A stretch of 64,000 nt of DNA from Squalus acanthias (taxonomy: Eukaryota). The stretch is taken from contig CM059432.1 in assembly GCA_030390025.1 (NCBI GenBank), forward strand, positions 90,894,001 through 90,958,000, read 5' to 3'. A model generated the notes under the pieces. That model was not told where the DNA came from. It saw nothing but the letters and a program-made list of their open reading frames with translations, and did no database searches. Shown piece after piece: positions 24,291 through 34,949 of the stretch; within the stretch, counting starts at the first letter, position 1; every line of letters starts with the position of its first letter. The position numbers were made by a program, and so were the translations under genes.

Positions 24291-25442
24291 TTTATTTTTT
24301 TCTCTCTCACGCACACACACCCACAGCATTTCTATTTTTTTAAAAACACTAATATGAATTTTACCTCAGTTAAGCTTTCTAATGTGTCCTTTAGCTTTTC
24401 TTCAAATAATTTTGAAAAATTTTGGGGGAGAAACGTCTAAAAACTAATGGCCCACAATTTGCAGTGGGTAATGACGACAAACTACCAGCGTTCACCGTCA
24501 TTACATCTCTGAAACTGACCGTGTCTTCAGGATTTAGCGCATACATGTCTAAACGCGTAAATCTTGAAGTTGCAGTCATCCACTGCTCCAACACTAGTTG
24601 CGCTGTGCCCCCACCCCTCCAAAGCCGGCAAGCAGGGTAATTAGTGAAATCAGTGAAACTGACGAAAACTTGGGCTTTTCCGCGGTAATATTGCTGTTAA
24701 ATACCCCATTTCTTATTAAGCCTTGTTGGAATAGGTGTAACTGGGTTTTTAACAGCCTATCAACTTGTAAACAACCGTTCTGGCCCTGAAAAACTAATTT
24801 TCATATTTATGGAGTGTCAAATTTTTCCAATATGATAAAATTAACAATTTTTTTTAAACTTTAAAGTCTTTTTTAAAAAGGTTTGTTCATGATATTTCAT
24901 GTTCTACTTTATCCCCATGTGAAAGTCCCAGGGGTAAAAATTCACTTGGTTGCGCCTCCCGTTAGCGCCTTAAGAGGACGCTAATGGGGCGTTAAGCCGC
25001 TAACGCCCGGGCGCAGCGCTGTTTGCGCCGCTCGAGAACTTAACTTGAGATTGTGCGGCGGCGCTAAAACTTACCGCTGCGACCACCTGCGCGCGCAGAT
25101 TGTGACGTCATTCCATGGTGCAACGCCCTTGGGGCGCCCCGGAGCGGAAATTGAGTGGCGCCCCCTGCCTTACCGCCTGGCGCTTCCAACGACCGGAAGA
25201 CTGGAACGTTATCAATCGGTGTGGGGCTGGGGGGGGCGCTATTTAAAGGGGGCCTCTTCCTGTCTTTTTCTGTGGTCGACATTTATGCACCACTCGTTCT
25301 GAGAGAGAGAGAGAGATTCGGAGAGAGAGAGAGAGAGACTTCTACATTGACTCAACGCTTTGTGAGGTAGTTTTGCCTAGTTCATCCTAACTTTGTTGCT
25401 ACTTTAGTTGCTGTACCTCATTACTTTTCTGGCAAAGAGAAT

Positions 25443-26603
25443 ATGGGGGCTGCAATGATTGGGGGCGTCGTCCTGCTCCAGCTGAATCGGAGGATACTGA
25501 GACGCAGACAGAGAGTGGCAATGATGGCCAGACGGAGGAGGGCCATCAGGCGCATGTACAGGAGAGCTTACCCTCCCAGGGTATATCGTGAACAGCTCTC
25601 CTACATCCATATGTCCGAGGAGCTGTGTTTGCGAAGGCTGCGATTCAGCAAGGAGGTGGTCACTGAGCTCTGCCACCTGCTGCAGCCAGATCTGCAGCCT
25701 CAGCTGAGGTCCAGGACGTCTCTGTCGGTGGCAGTGAAGGTCACAGTGGCTTTGAACTTCTACGCCACTGGCTCATTCCAAGCTGCTGTTGGGAACCTCG
25801 CCAATATCTCCCAGTTTGCGGTGCATCGCTGCATCCGGCAGGTCACCAATGCCCTCTTCAGAAGGAGACGAGACTTCATCTCTTTCCCTATGACCCCAGA
25901 CAAGCAGCGTGACCGTGCTCTGGGCTTTGCGAGGGTAGCGGGCTTCCCCATGGTGCAGGGCGCCATTGACTGCACGCATGTGGCTTTGCGTGCTCCGCGA
26001 GAGAATGCAGAGGAATTCAGGAACAGAAAGGGGTTCCATTCCTTGAATGTGCAGTTGGTCTGTGACCACAGACAGGTGATACTCGCTGTCAATGCCCACT
26101 ATCCGGGCAGCTGCCACGATGCTTTCATCCTGCGCCAGACTACTGTGGCAGAAGTTTTCGAGGCACCGCATCAGCCAGTTGGTTGGCTTCTGGGGGACAA
26201 GGGGTACGCATTGAGCACCTGGCTGATGACACCGCTCCATACGCCAAACACCCCTGCTGAGCTGCGGTACAATGAAAGCCATCAAGCAACCAGGAACATT
26301 ATTGAGCGCACAATCGGCGTGCTGAAACAACGGTTCCGCTGTCTGGACCATTCCGGAGGAGCCCTGCAGTACTCGCCTGAGCAAGTTTCGAACTTCGTAG
26401 TCGTGTGCTGCATGTTGCACAACATGGCAATCCTCAGGACCCAGCCAATGCCACCAGGCCTTGTAGCACCACCAGAGGAGGAGGAGGAAGAGGAGGAAGA
26501 GGACGAGGACGATGATCATCAGCAGCACCAAGGCAGGAGGGCGGCCCACAATGGTCAAACTGCAAGGGCCGTCCGTCAACGACTAATAGCAAGCCGCTTC
26601 TAG
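25443..26603 (+). CDS. Harbinger DDE transposase, 386 aa, intact
   Basis: HTH region (VTVALNFYATG), GAIDCTH, NRKGFHSLNVQ, PGSCHD, GDKGY, IERTIGVLKQRF, CCMLHN; AATAAA at 26765. Confidence 0.95.
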   Translation: MGAAMIGGVVLLQLNRRILRRRQRVAMMARRRRAIRRMYRRAYPPRVYREQLSYIHMSEELCLRRLRFSKEVVTELCHLLQPDLQPQLRSRTSLSVAVKVTVALNFYATGSFQAAVGNLANISQFAVHRCIRQVTNALFRRRRDFISFPMTPDKQRDRALGFARVAGFPMVQGAIDCTHVALRAPRENAEEFRNRKGFHSLNVQLVCDHRQVILAVNAHYPGSCHDAFILRQTTVAEVFEAPHQPVGWLLGDKGYALSTWLMTPLHTPNTPAELRYNESHQATRNIIERTIGVLKQRFRCLDHSGGALQYSPEQVSNFVVVCCMLHNMAILRTQPMPPGLVAPPEEEEEEEEEDEDDDHQQHQGRRAAHNGQTARAVRQRLIASRF

Positions 26604-26897
26604 GGCCCCTGCCATTGCTACAAACACTAATCAACCCAGCACGCAACCCCTAAGCCGGCCAAGGCACCAATAATTCCAACCACCAGCCATGTATATTTTG
26701 AATACAGAAACTTATTTATTTTACAAACTCTGTGTGTGTCAATTCCTCATGACAAACTCATAGAAATAAACACAAAAAAACAGTCAATAACATAACTGGT
26801 TCTCACAACCTGGAGATAATGTCCAAAACACTAAACAAAAGTTGGACCATGAACCTCGGCCTTTAATAAAAAAATGACCAGCATTTTGTCACACCTC

Positions 26898-28776
26898 CTA
26901 CTTTTTGCCCTTCGAGGGTGATCTCCTTCCCTTGCGCACTTCCCCCCTTCTAACCCTACTGCTCCTCCGTAATGGGACCTCAGTGGCTGCAGCAAGGCTG
27001 GTGGAAGGCTGCTGCTCGTCAGACCCTGACACTGCAGATGCCCCTGAAGGACGGCCTCGACCACTTCTGGGCCTGGAGGGCCCGGCTGCAGACTGCACCA
27101 ACTCTGCATGGGCGGCAGCAGTCTGTCCTACAGGCGGTGGCAAGTGCAGTGGAGAAGTGACAGTGTTGGCAGCAGGAATGCTGTCATCGTGAGAGAGGCC
27201 AGCAACTCCCTGCTCGCCCGACACACTGGCACTCCCACAGGGCAGCACTTCAGCATCCGGAGCAATTTGCCGGAGAACAGATTGCTGGCCTGCTGCGGCG
27301 CGGTGACAGCCCCGGGGACATGTGCACGAACCATCGAGGTTGGCAGCAATCTGTGCTCGCGTGGCCTCCATCTGAGTCTGTATGAGAGCAGTCAGAGGTG
27401 GGATCACGGCAGCCAGTGAGTGAATTGCAGCACTAAGCGTTAGTGTGGCATCCGCCTGTGCTACAGCGAAGTGCTCCACACTCCTTGCCAGTGACTCAAT
27501 GCAATCGGGCACCCTTCCCACTGCACCCATGAGCTCAGTGTGCATGCCCACCGCCTGGGTGTTCATTTCTGCAATCAGCCGCTCCTCCTCTGCGTCCATT
27601 GCAGTAGGAGTGTCTGGCATACTCTCCCTCTGGGGAGAAGGCCCCCATTCTTCCCTACCCCCCCCCCATGGCGTTGCTGCAGCCCGCTGGGTCCTGGAGC
27701 TTCACCATCATCAGCCCCTTCCCCCCTGCTCCCCTCCGGGGAAGGCGTGTTCCCAGTGTGGGCATGGGCTTCCTCGGGAGAGGGTGGCACTGATGCTCCG
27801 GCTTCCTCTTCCTCCTCAGCTGCAGCATCACTCCCAGTGGCAGCTTCAGGGCCCGTCTCCTCAGCTGGTGAATCACCATCTGAAAGCAGGGAGGTACAAG
27901 AGTGGCTTTAGCGTGAGGACAGGGTGGCAGTAAGGGAGGAATAAGTGCAGCGAGTTAGCAAGTTGGATTGAAAGTGTCAAAGGCTGGTATTGTGAGGGAC
28001 AAGTGGAAGGACAGAGGACAAAAAGGTGATGACCTTACCATTGCTGTCCACAACGGGGTCGGCGTCTCCAGTGGCGACGGGACCGATCACCCGGCTTGCC
28101 ACAATCCTGTGGACGCGCTCCTCCAGATCGCTGAGGGGTTGCAGCTGAAGCCACCCTCCACCCGTCCGTTGCTGCTGTTTCCGATTATGAGCCAGCTTAG
28201 CCTGCAAGAAAAAGGACAGCATCTGAGTAAATATACAGCCATGGTCTTGCCTGATGTGCCTCCCATAGGTGAATAGCCCTTACAATATACAGCCATGGTC
28301 TTGCCTGATGTGCCTCCCATAGGTGAATAGCCCTTACAATATACAGCCATGGTCTTGCCTGATGTGCCTCCCATAGGTGAATAGCCCTTACTGTATGCAA
28401 AGTGTGGAATGTGTGTGTGTGTTTGATGAAAGGGCCATAGGTGTTGGATGAGTGTTGTGCATTGGGGTTTTAAGACCCTCTGGCCATAGAGTGAGGTTGA
28501 GATGGAGGGATGGAGAGGTATTGAGAAAAAGCCACTCACCCTGACGACCCGAGTGAGGTCGTTGAACTTTTTGCGGCATTGAACATGGGTCCTGGGCACC
28601 ATGCTCCTGGAGGAGACGCTCTGAGCCACCTCCCTCCACACTCTTCTGAACTCGCGTGGCAAAGGCCTCCTGCCACTCTCCGGGAACAGCATGCATCGTC
28701 TGCGCTCCACTGCGTCAACCAGAGCATCCAAGGCCCGCTCGGTGAAGCGATGAACGCGTTCTCTCACCCTCTCCAT
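26898..28776 (-). pseudogene. Harbinger Myb/SANT DNA-binding gene, 3 exons (28776-28540, 28201-28039, 27879-26898), +5 frameshift in exon 3
   Basis: RFTERALDALV...W..VA...QCRKKFNDL; GT-AG introns; C10 run at 27658-27667 versus 5 in copy B (exon 3 is 982 vs 977 nt). Confidence 0.85.
28231..28391. repeat. 54-bp tandem repeat x3 in Myb intron 1
   Basis: Units start at 28231, 28285 and 28339. Confidence 0.95.
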
Positions 28777-29825
28777 GCTTGGCAGCAAAATGGATTACAG
28801 GTCTCTCCAGGCTGAGATTCAAGGCTGCAATGAGCAGGGTGTGGCTGGGGAGCAAGTGGCCCCCCCCCGCTTTAAGAAGTGTCCGGCGCCAGTGTGTCTG
28901 TGTTCCCTCGCTAACTGGCAGCAGCTGCGCTGCGCTCGTGCACTGAGTTAGCGCCTCACTCCTTGGCCTTTGCGCCTTAAGAGAGGTGTGCAGCGCCTAC
29001 TTTAGCGCTCCACTCACCTCCCGGGGCGGTAAAAGTGAAGTTTCCTGTCAGTGCCGATAATTAGCGCCAGGCGCTAATATTTGCGTCCGGACGATATTTG
29101 CGCCCCAAATGGGGCGCGACCTAATTTCTACCCCCCAATCTTTATTCTGCTCTCTGTAATATTTTTTAAAAGTCTGGAGAAGTGGGATGAGAAAAGGAGG
29201 ATTAGGTATGCAGATACCCTCATCATCGATCGCTTCAGCGCCGCCAGTGGCCATGGCCTTAGAGATGCCCCTTCCCATGATGGCAGCACTGTCTACTCCA
29301 TGGGGGTTAAAACATGCAGGCTTGTCCAGTTCATTGCTGCTGCCTGCTGTTATGCACCACATTCTCCTGCAAGAAAGAGAGAAGTGTGTCACTGAGTGTC
29401 CTGCAGAATGTTTGGGTGATGTGGCTGCCATGGTTGAATAGCTGCCAGAGTGTGTGAGCTGTGAGTTGTGGTTGCGAGGCTTGCAACAGTGCTAAGTGTA
29501 TGAGGGTGAGGTAATGCATATGAATTGAAGAGTTGAGTACAGATTGATAGGATTGTTGGTAGATCGGTGATCAGGGTGTAGTGAATTGAGCAGTAGATGA
29601 GCCAAATGTTGCAGTTGGTAGGATATGCCATTTGAAGATGAACTCACTCACCCTGAGAACTCGTGTCAGATAGTTAAATTTCTTCCATGTTCTTGGAGCA
29701 ACACTCCTGGCACTGAACTCTGACGCTACTTCTTCCCAATGCCTCCTGAGCATGTGTCTGGAGGGCTACCTGCTCTGGCCTGCGGATACAGAACATCTCT
29801 CCTTTCCATTCTTCCACCTCCAGTG

Positions 29826-30200
29826 CAGAGGTAGGGTATGGTAGCTGTTACTGGGCTAGTAATCCCGAAGCCTGGACTAACAATCTAGAGAGTTCAAATC
29901 TCACCATGGCAGTTAATAAAATAATAAAATAAATCTGGAATTAAAAAGCTAGTATCAGTAATGGTGACCATAAAACCACTGGATTGTTGCAAAAACCTGT
30001 CTGGTTCATGAATGTCCTTTAGGGAAGGAAATTTGCCATCCTTACCTGGTCTGACCTATGTGTGACTCCAGACCCACAGCACTAAGGCTGACTCTTAACA
30101 GCCCTCTATGATTCAAGAAGGCAGTACACCACCACCTTCTCAAGGGCAATTAGGGATGGGAAATAAATGCCGGCCTTGCCACAATGAACGAATAAAAAAA
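29826..30200 (+). mobile_element. tRNA-derived SINE with LINE-derived tail
   Basis: B-box-like gagttcaaatctc; tail caccaccttctcaagggcaattagggatggg shared with LINEs at 8650 and 45410; A tail. Confidence 0.7.
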
Positions 30201-30309
30201 AGTGTCTGACCTTGGTGCAAGCTGTCTCGCATGTTCAGCCATCAGTATAGATTCAGTTTTCAAATGACTCCTACCACTTCTTGCAGTCACAGTGCACCTC
30301 CCTTTAAGA

Positions 30310-30433
30310 TGAAAAGCAAAATACTGCAGATGCCGGAAATCTGAAATAAAAACAGAAAATGCTGGGAATATTTAGCAGGTCAGGCAGCATCTGTGGAGAG
30401 AGAAACACAGATGAGTATTGTCAGCATTTTCTT
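30310..30433 (-). mobile_element. Very short Penelope family B 3' end with small 5' inversion
   Basis: TSD TCCCTTTAAGA at 30299-30309 and 30434-30444. Confidence 0.8.
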
Positions 30434-31064
30434 TCCCTTTAAGAGGTGCAGGCTGTCTTTAACTAGTGCTAGCCACTCGACATATCGGACACCCTACTGA
30501 TGTGTGCAACCAATGAACAGCACGGTTAGCACTGGCTGCATGCAGCAATCATGTAAAGCAAATTTACCGTGCTGCTTGCAATGCAATGAACGGGTGTGGG
30601 TTAATTGTATACCACGATCCCTATATTTCCCCCATGAGGTTCTAATATATTACAGATGTTTGTTGATATCTATACACCATTTTCCAGGAAGGTTGGCCAG
30701 AATCTGGAAAAATATTTTTTTATGCGTGTTGTGGCTTGCATTATAGTGAGCTTTAGTCAAGAACAAAACAAGACCAATCAAGATGAAATATTATATAGGC
30801 AAATTTGAGGGCAGTCTTGGAAACTGATGAACAGTTGAAACCTCTTCCTACCTAGCTGATGTGAAACTTACTTACTGGAAGAATTGGACTAATACACCTA
30901 AAGGTTACATTTTCTATTCCTTTACACATATAGCTAATTAATCTAACATGCAAAAAATAATTGACAGCAATTGTTCTGATTCGATACATCAAAATACAGG
31001 GAAGTGTTAACATTTGATTAAAGTTGTCTTAACTGGGAAGCAGGAAGGAAATGAAGACTATGCA

Positions 31065-31338
31065 AAAGCAAAATACGTGGATGCTGGAAATCTGAAATAA
31101 AAACAAAAAAAACTGGAAATACTCAGCCGGTCAGGCAGCATCTGTGGAGAGAGAAACAGAGTTAACGTTTCAGGTCGATGACCTGTCGTCAGAACTGGGA
31201 AAAGTTAAAGATGTAACAGCTTTTAAGCAAGTGCAGGGGCAGGAAAAGAGGGAAGGGAGGAAAGAACAAAAGGGAAGGTCTGTGATAGGGTGGAAGGCAG
31301 GAGTGATTAAATGATAAACGGTATGCTAGTACAAAGCA
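31065..31338 (-). mobile_element. Penelope family B 3' UTR fragment
   Basis: Homologous to 14472-14740; 16-bp TSD AAATGAAGACTATGCA (31049-31064, 31339-31354). Confidence 0.85.
31160..31196 (-). ncRNA. Minimal hammerhead ribozyme motif (family B)
   Basis: agtt-CTGACGA-caggtcatcgacct-GAAA-cg-TT-aact. Confidence 0.65.
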
Positions 31339-31481
31339 AAATGAAGACTATGCAGTTGCTCTTAGGAAGATACACTTGCATGCAGGCTAAATTTTACATA
31401 CTGTGCTGGAAATTACTTAAATTTGAGATTCGGTTCATTCTAAAAGGTTCCTCTTCCTCTTTGATCTGTCAACACCCACAG

Positions 31482-31591
31482 CTGGAAGCTCAGAAACAGG
31501 CTCTGGAAGCTGCACAAAGTGACAACAATCGGCTCCATGAGGAAAGTGAATTAATGGTTTCAAATGTTAATCAGTGGATCACAGAGCAAGG
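31482..31591 (+). CDS. PMFBP1: Internal coding exon of host coiled-coil gene, PMFBP1-like (110 nt, phase 0 to 2)
   Basis: cccacag| ... |gtaagt; LEAQKQALEAAQSDNNRLHEESELMVSNVNQWITEQ; phase matches exon 55468; symbol from recalled similarity, not a search. Confidence 0.65.
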
Positions 31592-31623
31592 GTAAGTAAA
31601 ATTATTGTTGCTTAATCATAGGA

Positions 31624-31955
31624 TCATAGAATCTTACAGTACAGAAGGAGGCCATTTGGCCTATGCCGCTTCTTTGAAAGAGCTATCCAATTAGTCCCAC
31701 TCCCTGGCTTGTACCCAAAGCCCTGTAAATTTATCCTTTTCAAGTATATATCCAATTCCCTTTTGAAAGTTACTATTGAATCTGCTTCCACCACCCTTTC
31801 AGGTAGTGCATTCCAGATCATAACAACTCTCTGTTTAAAAAAAAAATGATCCTCATTCTTTTGCCAATTATCTTAAATCAGTGTTCTCTGATTATCGATA
31901 TGCCTGCAGTGGAAACAGTTTCTCCTTATCTATGCAAATCAAAATCCTTCATCTT
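31624..31955 (-). mobile_element. CR1 LINE 3' fragment
   Basis: WNALPERVVEADSIVTFKRELD plus CR1 3' tail. Confidence 0.8.
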
Positions 31956-32356
31956 TAATATTTCTACTCATACTGACATAGGCTATTCTAAGCATCATAG
32001 TTATTGCAGTGCTTATATTTCTGCAGATATTCTTATTTATTTATGGCTCAGTGCATAACATCTAAGCCTCTTTTCTAAAGAATATTATGGACAGAATTGT
32101 TTAAATGTGCTGCTGTGTTAGTGTAACGATTTAACTGATCACATAATTAGAATTTCACTGTACACTTATTTGTGTGATTTTCAATCTGCTTTCATGCATA
32201 ATTTAATGTGGGCGAATTTATTCTCTTTATTTTGCATACAAACTAATTAAGATAGTGAAAGTAGATTAACCCTTGTATAACTTGTAAACATCCAGTACAA
32301 GTAGCCTGAGATCTTATTTTTGAATTATCTTTGATTCTTTTAGAATGTTAATACAG

Positions 32357-32800
32357 AAAGAACTTGCATTTATATAGCATCTTTCAAATACCAAAGCACT
32401 ATACAGCCAAAGAATTAGTTTTGAAGTGTAGTCAGTGTTGATATGTAAGAAAATGTGGCAGTCAATCTGCACACAGCAAGGTCCCACAAAGAACAATGAC
32501 ATACATGTCCAGTTACTCTGATTTTGATGGTGTAGGTTGCGGGAGGAGTGATGGCCAGGGCACCAGGAGAACTTGTTCCTCTTGTTTGAATGTGCTATGG
32601 GAACTTTTAGGTCCACCCGAAACAGCAGTCTAGGCCTCGATTTAATGTCCTAACCAAAAGATGGCACCTCCAGCAATACAGTACTCACTCAGTCTACACT
32701 GATCTGCCAGCCTAGATTAAGTACTTAAATCCTGCATATGGGCTTCAAACCACAACCTTACGACTTAATGGCGAGAATGCTACAACTGAGCCAAGTTGGC
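32357..32800 (-). mobile_element. SacSINE1-like DeuSINE (diverged)
   Basis: Homologous to 35712-36180. Confidence 0.7.
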
Positions 32801-32818
32801 ACTTTTTGCTAAGATTCT

Positions 32819-34560
32819 GGCGCAGAAATTCCCTACCTTATCACCACGAATTAACTTTTGGACTAGACTTTTTTATTTTATTGAACTAGTGGCTCAGTGC
32901 AATACATGATAGAAGTTTTTAAAGTGTGCAGGGAGTGCTGCTGGATGCTTGCAAGGCCTCGGATGGTAATGGAAGGCCTCTGAGAAGACAGAAAATACTG
33001 GAAATACTCAGCAGGTCAGGCAACATCCGTGGAGAGAGAAACCGAGTTCATGTCTCAGATTGAGATGCTGCCTGACCTGTTGAGTATTTCCAGCATTTTC
33101 TGCTTTTATTTCAGATTTCCAGCATCCTCTTGCAGAAGGAATAGGAAGACGCAGAAGAGGATAAGCCAAAGAGGAGGAAGCAAAATAGGAAGCATAAGGA
33201 AGGATGCAACCTAGACAGCCCCTTTCTGGCCGGGATATCTGGGATGGAATCATCTGCCTGCGGTACCAGTGACCACAACCCCAATTCCCCTTTCAACATT
33301 TGTCCCACACCTTACCTTCCCTCTGTTACTGACCATCACAGCATCCTCTTGGCTACAATGCTGAAATAAAAGCCACCAAAAAGCAAACTTTCCAATCCAA
33401 CTTTATACATCTATCCATCCAATATGACATCAAAAAATCAACTCATCACCCTTATGCATTCCCTTAGTGACTGACTTGTGTGTGCCTTTGCCTATCCTAC
33501 AGATGTCACACAGTGCTCCCCCAGTGGCTGCAGCATGGCTGGTGGAAGGCTGCTGACTTTCAGTGGGAGACACTGCAAATGGCCTTGCTGGTTGGCCTTG
33601 AGGAGCTGGTGGCTGGGAGTGTGCAGAATATTGTATCCTTTCAGCCCCACCACTGACCAAGGGCTCAAACATGCCCCTGCCAAGAATGGCTAGCACCATC
33701 TCCTCCAAGGGGGTGAGGTGAAGCTAGGAATGGGAGGTGTACCTCATGTTTGGTACAGATTGTTGGTAGGTGAGTGATTTGCGGGGGAGGGCCGGGGGGA
33801 GTCGTGCATTGAACAGCGTGTGAGGCTAGAGGGGCAGTTGGTAGGAGACGGTTTTTGAAGATGCATTCACTGACCTTGACCACTGGTCTGAGGTCATGAA
33901 GCTTCTTTGAGCACTGGAGTCAGGTTGAGGGGGCGACCCTGCTGACAGTGACGGCCTCAGTGATCTGATCCCACATTCTTCTTTCTGGAGGGCCTCCTGG
34001 ACCCTGTGGGTAGAGGACCTCTCTTGTAGTGTTAATCCACTGCACAAAGCTGGAGTGCTGCGTGTGAGACCGTGGGCGCCCCTTCCCTGGCTTGCTGAGT
34101 GTTATGCTAAAGCATTTTAGCATTTTTTTAGGTGCGGAAAGCAATTCAGTTTTAAGAGCTGAAGACTCCTATTTGGGAATTCTTTTTAATGTTAATTTAT
34201 TTTCAGAAGCCAGTTGAGCTGTCAGGGATAAAAACTGCCTATTTTAATATGATTTTTATATTTTTCATTTCCGAAGGCAGTTCCCCTTTAAGGGACTGAA
34301 CTGCTTTCTGAAATAACAGCCTTGTTTTAAGAGAAGGCTCTTCTTGCTGCAATGACCCTACGGCCACATTACATAGGGGCCTCCTGCCAGGACAAATGCC
34401 ACCAGAACGGCGTTGCACGCAAAGATTAGTGCTGGTGGCTAATGTTAATTAATCACCAGCACCAATTTACCGGTCCTGCCAGCGCCATAAATGTTGACGG
34501 CTGTTAACTCCGGCTCGCGGTGGCACCAGCAGGTTTTTAGCAATGTCGAATTTTTAGCCC
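32819..34560. mobile_element. Non-autonomous Harbinger derivative, paralog of 1657-6664 in inverted orientation
   Basis: TIR GGCGCAGAAATT / AATTTTTAGCCC; flanks TCT/TAT; Myb remnant MWDQITEAV; includes the Penelope hairpin 32985-33127. Confidence 0.8.
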
Positions 34561-34949
34561 TATATTTTTTTGAAAATCCTATGGCATTACATCTGCTTAT
34601 CTGTATTTAATTCACACATTACATACGTATGACATTTTACTGACTGGATGAAATGTAGGTTAATGTTATCCAGAGTACATTTGATTCATACTGATAGCAA
34701 GCGTAAAAGTGCTCAAAGTGATACAAATCCAATATACAATTTTTGCATTGAATGTGCAAAGAAACTTTAAACAAGGGGGTAATTAAACCATAGGTAGGAG
34801 GCAAGATGGCTAATCCTAACTATCTTCAATATAGTAGCATGTTAGCAATTAACAGAACTCATTGAGATATGTTCAATTGTATGCTTAAATTGTAAAAGAT
34901 TTGAATTGAATGATTAAAATTTAAAACAAAATATTCAGTCAGTACACTC

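Larger units (their letters stand above)
24931..29134. mobile_element. Young full-length PIF/Harbinger transposon, copy A (4204 bp)
   Basis: TIR GGGGTAAAAATT / AATTTCTACCCC, TSD CCA/CCA, convergent transposase and Myb genes. Confidence 0.95.
24449..30633. mobile_element. Older Harbinger-derived element(s) hosting copy A, a SINE and a Penelope fragment
   Basis: TIR-like GGCCCACAATTT at 24449; Myb remnant (LRRHWEEVASEFSARSVAPRTW.KKFNYLTRV) at 29650-29825; TIR-like TATTTCCCCC ending near 30633; may be two elements. Confidence 0.55.

Noticed and set aside
25773..26579. 268-aa antisense ORF, also at 53471-54277
   Set aside because: Shadow of the transposase; conservation is explained by copy similarity; no recognisable domain
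25443..26603. Domesticated host genes HARBI1 / NAIF1-like
   Set aside because: The ORF lies between TIRs with a TSD, is paired with a Myb gene and is multicopy, so it is a transposon gene
28231..28391. CRISPR-like array
   Set aside because: Head-to-tail 54-bp units with no unique spacers, in a eukaryotic intron
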